Source: an uncultured Methanolobus sp.
Lineage (GTDB): Archaea; Halobacteriota; Methanosarcinia; Methanosarcinales; Methanosarcinaceae
Direction: 5' to 3'
Length of the DNA stretch: 64,000 nucleotides
NCBI GenBank assembly: GCA_963675495.1
Contig: OY776215.1
Span: 992,001 to 1,056,000, forward strand
Each line of letters opens with the position of its first letter. The stretch's first letter is position 1. Made by a program: the position numbers and the translations under genes. Under the pieces are notes generated by a model. The model worked only from the letters and a program-made list of their open reading frames with translations, had not been told where the DNA came from and searched no databases. Positions 34,235-45,066 of the stretch are shown here, piece after piece.

Positions 34235-34276
34235 TGCAAATCCTGCCACTTAGTAAATAAGAATAAGGTAATTAAT

Positions 34277-36478
34277 ATGGCTAGAAATGATAAAATGGTT
34301 GACCGTGTTGCAGCGCTCATGGGTGAACCAAAGATGATACGTAACATCGGTATTGTTGCGCACATTGATCACGGAAAGACAACTTTGTCAGATAACCTTC
34401 TTGCAGGCGCAGGCATGCTCTCAAAAGAGCTTGCCGGTAACGCTTGCTGGACTGACTCTGATGAAGAAGAACAGGAAAGAGGTATTACAATTGATTCAGC
34501 AAATGTTTCAATGGTCCACGAGTACGAGGACGAGGAATATCTCATTAACCTTATTGACACGCCAGGTCACGTAGACTTTGGTGGAGATGTTACACGTGCA
34601 ATGCGCGCAGTAGATGGTGCTGTAGTGGTTATTGACGCTGTAGAAGGTACAATGCCACAGACAGAGACTGTTCTTAGACAGGCATTGAAGGAACATGTAA
34701 AGCCAGTTCTGTTCATCAACAAAGTTGACCGTCTCATCAATGAGTTGCAGGTCGACGGACAGGAAATGCAGATCAGACTCGGCAAACTTATCGATCACGT
34801 TAACAAGCTCATCAAAGGTATGAACGAAGAGCGCTACAAGGCAGGATGGAAAGTTGACGCAGCAGAAGGTACTGTTGCTTTCGGTTCAGCATTGTACAAC
34901 TGGGCTATCAGTGTACCAATGATGCAGAAGACTGGAGTCACATTCCAGCAGATATATGATTACAATAAAGCAGATGATCCTGAAAAAATAAGAGAACTTG
35001 CAGATAAGTGTCCACTCCATGAAGTTCTGAACGATATGGTAATCAGGTTCCTCCCGTCCCCTCTTGAGGCTCAGGAAGGAAGGGTTAACGCTATCTGGCA
35101 CGGTGACAAGGAATCCAAGATCGGCAAGTCAATGATCAATGCAGATCCTGAAGGTGAACTTGCTTTCATGGTAACAGATATTACCATGGACCCACATGCA
35201 GGCGAAGTCGCAACCGGAAGGTTGTTCAGTGGGTCACTCAAACGTGGAATGGAAGCTTACGTATCCGGCGCATCAAGAAAGAACAGAATTCAGCAGGTCG
35301 GTGTTTTCATGGGTCCAAAGAGACTTGAAGTGGAGAACATACCTGCAGGAAACATTGCAGCTGTAACCGGACTTAAAGATGCTATCGTCGGTTCAACAGT
35401 AACCACCCTTGAAGGCATGGAGCCTTTCGAGAGTATCACTCACGCAAGTGAACCTGTAGTTACCGTTGCAGTAGAAGCTAAGCACATGAAGGACCTTCCA
35501 AAGCTTGTAGAAGTATTGAGACAGGTTGCAAAGGAAGACCCAACACTTAAGATCACACTTGACGAAGAAACCGGTGAGCACTTAATGGCGGGTATGGGAG
35601 AACTTCACCTTGAGGTCATTGCGCACAGAATTGAGCGTGACAAGGGTGTAGAGATCACAACAACACCGCCTATTGTAGTTTACCGTGAGACCATTCGTGG
35701 CAGCGCTGGACCAGTAGAAGGTAAATCACCAAACAGGCACAACAGGTTCTATATTGTAGTCGAGCCACTTGAGGAAGGAGTTAGAGACCTTATCAAGGCT
35801 GGCGAGATATCAATGCGTATGCCTGAAGTTGAGCGTAGAGAGAAACTCATGGCAGCAGGACTTAGCAAAGATGAAGCTAAGGGTATTGCTGACATCTTTG
35901 AGAGCAATGTTTACATTGATGTCACAAAGGGTATCCAGCACCTCAATGAAACCATGGAACTCATCCTTGAAGGATTCCAGGAAGTAATGAAGGCAGGACC
36001 TCTCTCAAGAGAACCATGCATGGGTGTAAAGGTAAAGCTCGTTGATGCAAAGTTACACGAGGATGCAGTCCACAGAGGACCTGCACAGGTAATACCAGCA
36101 TCAAGACAAGGTATCCAGGCAGCAATGCTAATGGCAGATGATACACTTCTTGAACCGTACCAGAAAGTATTCATACAGGTTCCACAGGACAACATGGGTG
36201 GCGCAACCAAGGAGATTCAGGGACGTCGTGGTACGATCATTGATATGGGCTCAGAAGGCGACATGACCATCATCGAATCAAGAGCACCAGTATCCGAACT
36301 GTTCGGATTTGCAGGAGATATCAGATCAGCAACCGAAGGTCGCGCAATGTGGAGTACTGAGTTTGCAGGATTTGACACACTTCCAACAAACCTGACCGCA
36401 GAAATCGTAACTGGCATAAGAGAAAGAAAGGGACTCAAGAAGGACCTACCACAAGCATCTGACTACATGAGTATGTAA
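34277..36478 (+). CDS. fusA: Elongation factor 2
   Basis: [18 protein letters not shown]; diphthamide loop [11 protein letters not shown]. Confidence 0.98.
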   Translation: MARNDKMVDRVAALMGEPKMIRNIGIVAHIDHGKTTLSDNLLAGAGMLSKELAGNACWTDSDEEEQERGITIDSANVSMVHEYEDEEYLINLIDTPGHVDFGGDVTRAMRAVDGAVVVIDAVEGTMPQTETVLRQALKEHVKPVLFINKVDRLINELQVDGQEMQIRLGKLIDHVNKLIKGMNEERYKAGWKVDAAEGTVAFGSALYNWAISVPMMQKTGVTFQQIYDYNKADDPEKIRELADKCPLHEVLNDMVIRFLPSPLEAQEGRVNAIWHGDKESKIGKSMINADPEGELAFMVTDITMDPHAGEVATGRLFSGSLKRGMEAYVSGASRKNRIQQVGVFMGPKRLEVENIPAGNIAAVTGLKDAIVGSTVTTLEGMEPFESITHASEPVVTVAVEAKHMKDLPKLVEVLRQVAKEDPTLKITLDEETGEHLMAGMGELHLEVIAHRIERDKGVEITTTPPIVVYRETIRGSAGPVEGKSPNRHNRFYIVVEPLEEGVRDLIKAGEISMRMPEVERREKLMAAGLSKDEAKGIADIFESNVYIDVTKGIQHLNETMELILEGFQEVMKAGPLSREPCMGVKVKLVDAKLHEDAVHRGPAQVIPASRQGIQAAMLMADDTLLEPYQKVFIQVPQDNMGGATKEIQGRRGTIIDMGSEGDMTIIESRAPVSELFGFAGDIRSATEGRAMWSTEFAGFDTLPTNLTAEIVTGIRERKGLKKDLPQASDYMSM

Positions 36479-36487
36479 TTGCGGAAA

Positions 36488-36520
36488 TTTGCAGCTTTTT
36501 GCTGCAAAAATCCTATTTTG
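36488..36520 (+). terminator. Hairpin between fusA and tuf
   Basis: TTTGCAGC-TTTTT-GCTGCAAA; TATA-like TTTAAA further downstream suggests a tuf promoter. Confidence 0.45.
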
Positions 36521-36598
36521 TCAGAAAGGTTTAAACGTAAAAAGACCTATTATGGCAAATCAAACTGATATATTATAATTGAATTAAATAAAGGAGAT

Positions 36599-37876
36599 AT
36601 GAAAATGGCAGCTGACAAACCACACATGAACTTGGCAGTTATTGGTCACATTGACCACGGCAAGTCAACCCTTGTCGGAAGATTAATGTTCGAAACAGGA
36701 GCAGTACCTGCTCACCTTATCGAGAAGTACAAGGCAGAAGCAAAAGAAAAGGGTAAAGAATCATTCGCATTCGCATGGGTCATGGACTCACTTAAGGAAG
36801 AGCGTGAAAGAGGTATCACAATCGATATCGCTCACAAGAGATTCGACACCGACAAGTACTACTTTACAATTGTGGACTGCCCAGGCCACCGTGACTTTGT
36901 GAAGAACATGATCACCGGTGCATCCCAGGCTGACGCAGCTATCCTTGTAGTCGCCGCACCTGATGGTGTAATGGACCAGACAAAAGAGCATGTGTTCCTT
37001 TCAAGAACCCTTGGTATTAACCAGCTTATCATTGCTGTAAACAAGATGGATGCATCAAAGTACAGCGAAGAGAGATACAATGAGGTCAAGGAACAAGTAA
37101 GCCAGCTCCTCGGTATGGTAGGATTCAAGGCATCAGAGATTCCATTCATTCCAACCTCTGCATTCGAGGGTGACAACATATCAGGTCCAAGCGCAAACAC
37201 ACCATGGTACAAGGGTCCATCTATCCTTGAATCACTTGACCTCCTTGTTGAACCAGAAAAGCCAGACACACTCCCACTCAGAATTCCTGTACAGGATGCA
37301 TACACCATCTCCGGTATCGGAACCGTACCAGTAGGTAGGGTCGAGACAGGTATCATGAAGAAGGGACAGACAGTAACCTTTAACCCAAGCGGCGTTAGCG
37401 GTGAAGTCAAGTCAATCGAAATGCACCATGAAGAGCATGATCAGGCTGGACCTGGAGACAACATCGGATGGAACGTACGTGGTGTAGGTAAGAACGATGT
37501 ACGCAGAGGAGATGTCTGCGGACCGTCAGACAAGCCACCTTCAGTAGCAGACGAGTTTACAGGACAGATCGTAGTCCTTCAACACCCATCCGCTATCACA
37601 GCAGGATACACACCAGTATTCCACTGCCACACAACCCAGACCGCATGTACTCTTATGTCCATTGACAAGAAGCTTGATCCAAAGACAGGCCAGGTCAAGG
37701 AAGAGAATGCAACCTTCATTAAGGCTGGAGACGCAGCAATTGTCACCATCAAGCCAACAAGACCAATGGTGATCGAACCAGTAAAGGAAATTCCACAGCT
37801 CGGTAGATTCGCTATCCGTGATATGGGTATGACCATTGCTGCTGGCATGTGCATGAGTGTTAAACTGAAAGAGTAA
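36599..37876 (+). CDS. tuf: Elongation factor 1-alpha
   Basis: [21 protein letters not shown] motifs. Confidence 0.98.
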   Translation: MKMAADKPHMNLAVIGHIDHGKSTLVGRLMFETGAVPAHLIEKYKAEAKEKGKESFAFAWVMDSLKEERERGITIDIAHKRFDTDKYYFTIVDCPGHRDFVKNMITGASQADAAILVVAAPDGVMDQTKEHVFLSRTLGINQLIIAVNKMDASKYSEERYNEVKEQVSQLLGMVGFKASEIPFIPTSAFEGDNISGPSANTPWYKGPSILESLDLLVEPEKPDTLPLRIPVQDAYTISGIGTVPVGRVETGIMKKGQTVTFNPSGVSGEVKSIEMHHEEHDQAGPGDNIGWNVRGVGKNDVRRGDVCGPSDKPPSVADEFTGQIVVLQHPSAITAGYTPVFHCHTTQTACTLMSIDKKLDPKTGQVKEENATFIKAGDAAIVTIKPTRPMVIEPVKEIPQLGRFAIRDMGMTIAAGMCMSVKLKE

Positions 37877-37901
37877 GACACTCAACTTTTTCCTTTTTTA
37901 G

Positions 37902-38222
<321 letters not shown>

Positions 38223-38224
38223 AC

Positions 38225-38279
38225 TATAGTTATTGCTAGCAATAACTATAACCTTTAAGTTACAGATAACATCTGTAAC
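38225..38279 (+). repeat. Two adjacent inverted repeats downstream of rps10
   Basis: 26-bp perfect palindrome TATAGTTATTGCTAGCAATAACTATA (38225-38250) and GTTACAGAT-AAC-ATCTGTAAC (38259-38279). Confidence 0.75.
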
Positions 38280-38465
38280 CTTCCACTTCTCATCTTTCAA
38301 CGACACTGAAGAGTGTCTTCTATGAAAGATATTCAGACAAGACTGCTGAAAATACTCTTTTTTGATAAGTTCTTCCATTTGCTTAAATACTACTGGAGAA
38401 AAGTATCAGTACCGTAGTAAATTATATCTAAGACAATAACTCATAAAAATATGGGGTATTATATA

Positions 38466-39656
38466 ATGAAACAGAATGTATTGATACTAGGAGCAGGTTA
38501 TGCCGGATCGGTAGTAGCTAACATATTAGCCAGAGAATTCAGGAATAAGATTGCCAGAGATGAACTGGAAATAACTATTCTTGATAAAAATGATACAAAC
38601 ATAAATCAGGGTGGCTTTACCTTCATCCCTTTTGAACTTTATACCCCTGAAGATATCACAAGGCCCCGTAAAAAACTCATCAGTCCCAGAGTAAAGGCTT
38701 TTTTTGGAGCAGACGGGGAAGTGACAGCTGTTGACCTTCAAAATAAGGAAGTAACTGTCAAAAGTGATAAAAGATATACCTATGACTACCTGGTCATTTC
38801 AATTGGGTGCAGAGCCGATGTAGATTCTGTACCCGGGCTTGTGGATGACCTGAACACTTTCTACACATCCATGGAAGATGCATTCAAGGTGAGAGACCTT
38901 GTTAAAAATATAAATGGTGGAAAGGTTGTTGTATCTGTAGCCTCAATGCCAGTACCCTGCCCGGGAGCACCGGTAAAATTCACATTTATGCTGGACAGCT
39001 ACCTGCGTAATATCAAAAAGAATAGGGATGATGTCCAGTTAACCCTAGTCTGGCCCATGGAACCAATTGGACCACCTGAATTCAATAAATTCGTGACATC
39101 CCAATTCGATGAAAAAGGTGTTGAAGTTATAAGGGATTTCCAGCTTGCTAATGTTGATGCAGGCAATAAGGAACTCACATCAAAAAGCGGAGACAAAGTG
39201 AACTACGACCTCTTGATCACGGTTCCTCCACATAGGGCACCGGATGTCCTTATAGAATCCGGCCTTGCAGACGATAAGGGCTGGCTCTCTGCGGACAAAG
39301 CAACACTACAGTACCGTGGTCCCGCAGGCAATCATGACAATGTATATGTTCTTGGTGATCTCGGACCTGCTGATATCCTCAAAACTGGAATCGGAGCGCA
39401 CTACCAGGCTATTGCCGTTAGCCAGAACCTGAAGAATGATATCTGTGGAAACGGCATTAAAACTCCCTATGAAGGAGAGACTGGATGTCCTCTTGTTACC
39501 GAACTGGAAACACCATCCACACCAGGACTAGGCTACATTGCAACATGGAAATATGCAAAGCCTCCTGAAACATTTTCAACCACAAAAATGGGGTGGTTCC
39601 TGTATCGCATGTATTACCACATACATTGGGATATCAGTGTAAAAGGATTGTTCTGA
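38466..39656 (+). CDS. Sulfide:quinone oxidoreductase-like FAD-dependent oxidoreductase
   Basis: GAGYAG FAD motif; SQR-type Cys motifs PCPGAP and YEGETGC; YVLGD. Confidence 0.75.
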   Translation: MKQNVLILGAGYAGSVVANILAREFRNKIARDELEITILDKNDTNINQGGFTFIPFELYTPEDITRPRKKLISPRVKAFFGADGEVTAVDLQNKEVTVKSDKRYTYDYLVISIGCRADVDSVPGLVDDLNTFYTSMEDAFKVRDLVKNINGGKVVVSVASMPVPCPGAPVKFTFMLDSYLRNIKKNRDDVQLTLVWPMEPIGPPEFNKFVTSQFDEKGVEVIRDFQLANVDAGNKELTSKSGDKVNYDLLITVPPHRAPDVLIESGLADDKGWLSADKATLQYRGPAGNHDNVYVLGDLGPADILKTGIGAHYQAIAVSQNLKNDICGNGIKTPYEGETGCPLVTELETPSTPGLGYIATWKYAKPPETFSTTKMGWFLYRMYYHIHWDISVKGLF

Positions 39657-39668
39657 GGAGGATATAAT

Positions 39669-40034
39669 ATGAGCGACAAAAATATTGCGAACCAGATATC
39701 AGGTATTGATATAAGACCGGGCGATGTAGAAGCTATTCTGGACCTTGTCAGAACAGTAAGAATACTACAGGATTACATCAACGATCAAACAGCCCACGGA
39801 ATTGCAGACCTCACATCAACGGTGTTAAAACTCACAAACGCAATCATGAGCACCGACCTGATTGGAGTGATGGAAACCGCAGTTCAGGATCCAGAACTCG
39901 ATAAAGCCCTTCTTGAACCACCAAAGGTAGGAATAGGAGGATTGTTGAAACAGATGCAGGATGAAGACTTCCAGAAAGGGATGGGAGTAATGTTAACGCT
40001 GGTTAAAGCTATAGGAAGGGCAACAGAAGATTAA
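39669..40034 (+). CDS. DUF1641 family protein
   Basis: PPKVGIGGLLKQMQDEDFQKGMG tail; usual partner of SQR/Ndh-like flavoproteins. Confidence 0.8.
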   Translation: MSDKNIANQISGIDIRPGDVEAILDLVRTVRILQDYINDQTAHGIADLTSTVLKLTNAIMSTDLIGVMETAVQDPELDKALLEPPKVGIGGLLKQMQDEDFQKGMGVMLTLVKAIGRATED

Positions 40035-40070
40035 AAAAATCTACCTTGTGGGTATTATCTTTTTTCCCTT

Positions 40071-41753
40071 TTATTTTCCTTTTTTATGATCTGACGCAGC
40101 ATCTAACTCAATTATAAATTTTGCACCTGACAGTTTGTTGTCCTCAACACGTATAGAACCACCGTACCGTTCAACTGTCCTTTTAGCTATATACAATCCA
40201 AATCCGGTTTTCCCGGTTTTTCCATACTTGTACCCCTCATCAAAAATTCTGGATTTTACTTTATTAGGAATTCCAATACCGTTATCAGCAATTGAAATTT
40301 CACAGATGCCATTTTGCTTCAATATTTCAATATCGACCTTACTGGCATTACCATGAATAATGGCATTACCGACGATATTATCGAAAACTGAAGCCAGAGC
40401 TTTGTCTGCCATGATCAGACAATCTCCTGTGACGTTAAATTGTGCTTCATGAATGCTTACAATACTATCTACCAGATTTTTAACATTCAAAAGTTCAAGC
40501 TGCTCATCAACAACTGAGACCTTATCAATTTCCTTTACATTTTTTATCAGGGAAGCACTTTTTTGCGAAGCTTTTCTGATCATGGAAAGGAATTTTTTAT
40601 CGCCATTCTCCTCAAGCAAGTCCAAAGCTCCCATGATGATCTGAAGGTCATTAGCAATGTCGTGCCTCAAAATACGATTTGTAGTACGGAGCATTTCAGT
40701 AAGTTTCACCTGCTCTTCCTTTGACCTGAATACTTCGTGATAGCGTCTTATATTGGATATTGCAAGCCCTGAAGCCTTTGCAAGATCAAATGCAACACTT
40801 AGATACTCATCCAGATTTTCTGGAAAAGCAACACCATGCACCTCGATAATACCAAAGAGAGTATCTGCTATTAAAACTTTTATTGCGAAACCATCTTCCG
40901 TATCGAACACAACATAGCTTTCATCAGAATCTTTCAATTTCATTATGACATCTAGTTTGGTTTCAGAGGACTTGCAGTACTGAACCTCCATCCGATCGTC
41001 ATAAAAAGAGTGATAAACAACGTTTTTCGGAGCGAACATTGTACTGAATAATTTACAAATAGATTTGATTTCAACAGATTCATCTGTAATGTCAGCAATT
41101 GTTTTGATAAAATCGATAGACATTGCATATGAAGCCGCTTTTCTCTGGCATACTTTCAACTGTTTTTGCTTCTTCTCAATGCTCCATCGAAGTATCAGGT
41201 TATCAAAGAGCACTCTGAAGTATCCCATCCCTAAATTTAATATTTTGAACGGGATATCTACAAAGTTGGAAAATTCCTCTGCCCTTACAGCAAGATCAGA
41301 ATGAATACCTGTATCCAGAATCAAAATAGATGAATATAATTCGGAAAATGGGGGTGCTGAATTATTGTCATACATACCAATAGACCGCAGATTATTCTGC
41401 CAGTCTTCCAGCCATCCAGGAACTACAATAAAAGAACCTTCAGCTTCATACTCCTGCAAAACCGCACTCTCAGCAAATAAGTCATAGATATGCTCTGTAT
41501 TATGAATTTTAACAGAGCCAGAGTACTCTTCCGGAATGCAAACTTCTGGACATGATGTGTCACACAGAAGCAGTATATCATTATCGCATTTTTGCTCTCT
41601 GATGATACCAAGGATTATTTCAGACTTCGGGGTATCCTGAAAAGACTTAAAAAAGGCGCATTTTATCCCTTCATATTGGACATCACTGCTAAGGATATAT
41701 TCAATCTCATGCCGAATGTATTCAGGTGCAACAACGTAATGATCATAAAACAT
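40071..41753 (-). CDS. Sensor histidine kinase with N-terminal DUF1638-like domain
   Basis: H-box LRHDIAN, N-box NIVGNA, G1 DNGIGI, G2 GFGL; N-terminal VVPGWLEDW / ILDTGI DUF1638-like blocks; no TM. Confidence 0.88.
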   Translation of the reverse strand: MFYDHYVVAPEYIRHEIEYILSSDVQYEGIKCAFFKSFQDTPKSEIILGIIREQKCDNDILLLCDTSCPEVCIPEEYSGSVKIHNTEHIYDLFAESAVLQEYEAEGSFIVVPGWLEDWQNNLRSIGMYDNNSAPPFSELYSSILILDTGIHSDLAVRAEEFSNFVDIPFKILNLGMGYFRVLFDNLILRWSIEKKQKQLKVCQRKAASYAMSIDFIKTIADITDESVEIKSICKLFSTMFAPKNVVYHSFYDDRMEVQYCKSSETKLDVIMKLKDSDESYVVFDTEDGFAIKVLIADTLFGIIEVHGVAFPENLDEYLSVAFDLAKASGLAISNIRRYHEVFRSKEEQVKLTEMLRTTNRILRHDIANDLQIIMGALDLLEENGDKKFLSMIRKASQKSASLIKNVKEIDKVSVVDEQLELLNVKNLVDSIVSIHEAQFNVTGDCLIMADKALASVFDNIVGNAIIHGNASKVDIEILKQNGICEISIADNGIGIPNKVKSRIFDEGYKYGKTGKTGFGLYIAKRTVERYGGSIRVEDNKLSGAKFIIELDAASDHKKGK

Positions 41754-41759
41754 ATTATT

Positions 41760-42797
41760 CTACTCCGGGTACTGACCCCATTTTTTCACGGAATCGGAAA
41801 TATTCATGATAACTTCTGAAGGAACAAGATAAGGTATTTCCCCATGGTTATCAGAAAGAATATAGCCGCCACCGTTTGCTGCCTTTTCAATTGCTTCCTT
41901 CACATGGCATTCGGTTTCCTGAACAGTCCAATGTCTCATCTCAAGTCCATTCAGGTTACCCAGCACTGATATTTTTCCATTGCATGTATTTTTTATTTCT
42001 CCAAGGTCTTCCAGTACGCTTGTGCAAATAATAGAAGTCCCTGTTTTTGCAATATCACTTATTATGGGAAGACATCTTCCTGAAGCCATATGAGTTGCAA
42101 CAGGTGCGTTAATTCTGGAGATTACACTTTTGGCAACCTTAAATCCTGTTTTCCTGTAGAGTTCAGGCGGAATGATAGTTGAGGACGACACAGGATCAAA
42201 ATAACAGATCGCAGTTGCTCCTGACTCTATCTGGGCATTTGCCCATTCAATACAGAATTCTTCATTGATGCGCATAAGTTCTTCAAACTTGTCAGGTTCC
42301 TCGTATATCATATCAAGGAAATGATGAAACCCCATTTGCATACCTGGCAATGCAAAGGGAGACATAACTACTCCAATTATAGGGATATCCTCACCTGCAT
42401 GTTTCTTGATGAGTTCTGTGGTCTTCAAAACTTTATTTAATTGTGGTGATTCAAAAACATCAGGTGCTTCCAGCGATCCTATATCCCCTACGTTTGAGAT
42501 TATTGGCTTACCAGCGTTAGGAGGGGCATCAGAATAGAAAATAGAATTCCTTCCCCATGCTTCAAGTTCAAGAGACGCGTAGTAAAAAGAGTAGTAACAA
42601 TCATGACCGTATTTCTGCTGCATCTTTATCTGGGCCTGTGAAACCATTTCAGGCCTTGAGAAATATTCCTCTATGGATACATTGAATTCTTTAGCTCCCT
42701 GTGTTGTAAGTAAGTTGAAGAATGGAACCCTGTCAGCTTCTTCATAATTAAGAGCTGTCAGGACTCTTTCCATAGGAGTCATTGCTTCACTTTTCAT
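41760..42797 (-). CDS. UroD/MtaA-superfamily methyltransferase-like protein; ends in an in-frame TAG
   Basis: MTPMERV, DRVP, LGNL, GGYILS motifs; atypical Zn ligands. Confidence 0.88.
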   Translation of the reverse strand: MKSEAMTPMERVLTALNYEEADRVPFFNLLTTQGAKEFNVSIEEYFSRPEMVSQAQIKMQQKYGHDCYYSFYYASLELEAWGRNSIFYSDAPPNAGKPIISNVGDIGSLEAPDVFESPQLNKVLKTTELIKKHAGEDIPIIGVVMSPFALPGMQMGFHHFLDMIYEEPDKFEELMRINEEFCIEWANAQIESGATAICYFDPVSSSTIIPPELYRKTGFKVAKSVISRINAPVATHMASGRCLPIISDIAKTGTSIICTSVLEDLGEIKNTCNGKISVLGNLNGLEMRHWTVQETECHVKEAIEKAANGGGYILSDNHGEIPYLVPSEVIMNISDSVKKWGQYPE

Positions 42798-43435
42798 TGC
42801 GATAACCCCAGAACATCATATATCTTATTAACAGACTCCGTGGCATCAATTGCCATAGCATCGGCACCAACTTCTTTCCAAAGATCACGGTCAAACAAAA
42901 AAGGTGCACCACCCACTATTATCTTTGCTTTGATACCTTCGTGGTCAAAGATATGTCTGAGCTTTTTGATATTAAGGGCAATATTAAGCATTAGTGTCGA
43001 AACCATCAGGACCTCGATACCATCTTCTTTGACCTTTCTGGCAACCTTTTCAGGCCCCATATCACCATAATCATGCATATTGAATCCATTGGCCTTAAGG
43101 AATGAAGAAACGATACGTTTTCCAAGCATATGTTCATCCCCAAGAGTTGTAATACCTATTATTGGCATGTTCTTCCTGTCAGGACTCGCGGCAGGCAGTA
43201 TAGATTCCATTATTTCCTCACAGATCTTGCTCGCCATATACTCCTGTGATAATGCAATCTCACCGCTTTCCCAGAGAGCCCCTATTTTTTCAAGAGTCGG
43301 TGCAATAAGCTCATGGATAAGCTCAAAAGCATTGTCGCCGGTAAATTCTTTTTTTACGATGTTGGCTGCTGCAATTCTGTTCAGGGAAAGAAGGGCATTT
43401 TCTAGGCCCAGAACATTCACACTACTAATACGCAC
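42794..43435 (-). CDS. Corrinoid (B12-binding) protein
   Basis: Cap domain IGALWESGEI.L.QEY; D-x-H-x-x-G (DEHMLG), VSTLM, VGGAP; ATGA overlap with the next gene. Confidence 0.92.
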   Translation of the reverse strand: MRISSVNVLGLENALLSLNRIAAANIVKKEFTGDNAFELIHELIAPTLEKIGALWESGEIALSQEYMASKICEEIMESILPAASPDRKNMPIIGITTLGDEHMLGKRIVSSFLKANGFNMHDYGDMGPEKVARKVKEDGIEVLMVSTLMLNIALNIKKLRHIFDHEGIKAKIIVGGAPFLFDRDLWKEVGADAMAIDATESVNKIYDVLGLSQ

Positions 43436-43618
43436 ACCACCTGACTCATTAATAGGGAATATGCGACTTAATTATATAAAGTTGTTATTAAAAAATATAA
43501 AAAGGGTTGCTGAGTTTAGCGGCATTGTTTTGTTAATGTGTCATTTTCAATAAAGTATGCCCTCGTTTTTTAGTAGTGTCGGGAAACAATGGGAAAAAGT
43601 ATATAAGAATAAACACAA

Positions 43619-43632
43619 TTCTCAATTGTGAA
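43619..43632. promoter_or_regulatory. Palindromic operator copy (TTCTCAATTGTGAA) downstream of the nadA TATA box
   Basis: 1 mismatch to TTCACAATTGTGAA; TATATAAG at 43600-43607. Confidence 0.7.
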
Positions 43633-43689
43633 TTGATGCCACATATGGCGAATTCAAACTAATAAAGATAGCAAACAGGATATTTGTTC

Positions 43690-44619
43690 ATGACTTACAT
43701 CGAAAAAATGACTCTTGATGTAGAATCACTCAAAGAGAAGATACTGCAACTCAAAAAAGAAAAAAATGCAGTTATACTTGCCCATAATTACCAGCTCGGA
43801 GAAGTGCAGGATATAGCTGACTTTATAGGCGACTCCCTGGAACTTGCCAGAAAAGCAGCTAACCTGGATGCAGATGTAATTGTATTTTGTGGAGTTGACT
43901 TCATGGCAGAGACAGCCGCCATCCTTTCACCTGAAAAGAAAGTGCTTCTGCCCGCTGCAGATGCAAACTGCCCAATGGCTGAAATGATAAATGCAGGGGA
44001 ACTCCGTGTCCTTAAGGAAAGGTTCCCGGAGGCTGCGGTGGTCTGCTATGTTAACACCACAGCAGAAGTGAAAGCAGAGAGCGATATATGCTGTACATCC
44101 TCAAATGCCGTAAAAGTGGTTGAATCACTTGATGCGGACAAGGTGATATTCGTACCTGACAGGAATCTGGGAAGTTACGTAGCCAGGTTCACCGATAAAG
44201 AGATCATGCCCTGGGAAGGATTCTGTTTTGTACATGACAGGATAACACCTGAAGATGTAAAGAAAGCACGTGAACTTCACCCCGATGCAGAAGTCCTTGT
44301 TCACCCGGAGTGCAGGGCTGAGGTCGTTGGCATAGCAGACCAGGTATTCTCAACATCCGGTATGATAAAACATGTCTGCAAGAGTGACAAAAGACAATTC
44401 ATTATCGGTACTGAAGTAGGGATACTTCACAGGATGAAAAAAGACTGCCCGGAAAAATCATGTTATCCCCTATCACCACAAGCCATATGCATTACTATGA
44501 AAAGAACAGACCTTGGAAAAGTGTACAGGTCACTTGAAAGTCTCACACCAAGGGTAACAGTGCCTGAAGATGTTGCGGACAGGGCACGTCTGGCAATTCA
44601 GAGGATGCTTGATATTTAG
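43690..44619 (+). CDS. nadA: Quinolinate synthase ([4Fe-4S])
   Basis: LAHNYQ, CGVDFMAE, CPMA, CFVH, HPEC, CITMK motifs. Confidence 0.96.
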   Translation: MTYIEKMTLDVESLKEKILQLKKEKNAVILAHNYQLGEVQDIADFIGDSLELARKAANLDADVIVFCGVDFMAETAAILSPEKKVLLPAADANCPMAEMINAGELRVLKERFPEAAVVCYVNTTAEVKAESDICCTSSNAVKVVESLDADKVIFVPDRNLGSYVARFTDKEIMPWEGFCFVHDRITPEDVKKARELHPDAEVLVHPECRAEVVGIADQVFSTSGMIKHVCKSDKRQFIIGTEVGILHRMKKDCPEKSCYPLSPQAICITMKRTDLGKVYRSLESLTPRVTVPEDVADRARLAIQRMLDI

Positions 44620-44648
44620 ATTTTAGCAAAAATGTTAACTTTGGAATT

Positions 44649-45056
44649 TTAGGAATTATGGGCTTCCCCGGGAATCCAGCGATCACCGGCATTTCCTATT
44701 TCCTTTTTCCATATAGGGACACTTTCCTTTATCCTTTCAAGGACATACTCACACGCATCAAACGCCTCCTTTCGGTGCCCTGCACCTACGACTATCAGGA
44801 GGATATTCTCGCCCACATGTAAATCCCCGATGCGGTGAATGACATCCACACTCTCAATGTCAAACTTTCCAAAGGCTTCATCGCGTATGGTTTCAAGCTC
44901 CCTTATTGCAACTTCTTCGTAAACTTCAAACTGGAGCATATCAATACCATCATCCCTCACAGTCCCAAGAAAAGTTACCAGAGCACCCATTTTACTGGTT
45001 CTTGCCTGTGAGAGCATTGAATTTACATCAAAATCATCATGTGTAATTTTAATCAT
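44649..45056 (-). CDS. moaE: Molybdopterin synthase catalytic subunit
   Basis: FLGTVR, HRIGDL, HRKEAF, VPIWKKE; SD GGAGTGA before ATG 45056. Confidence 0.92.
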   Translation of the reverse strand: MIKITHDDFDVNSMLSQARTSKMGALVTFLGTVRDDGIDMLQFEVYEEVAIRELETIRDEAFGKFDIESVDVIHRIGDLHVGENILLIVVGAGHRKEAFDACEYVLERIKESVPIWKKEIGNAGDRWIPGEAHNS

Positions 45057-45066
45057 ATGATCACTC

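Noticed and set aside
25103-36478. Inteins in RNAP subunits or EF-2
   Set aside because: Lengths are normal and no splice-junction insertions are visible
44617-44650. Functional amber read-through of nadA
   Set aside because: The protein ends at the normal family C-terminus; the extension runs antisense into moaE with no recognisable domain
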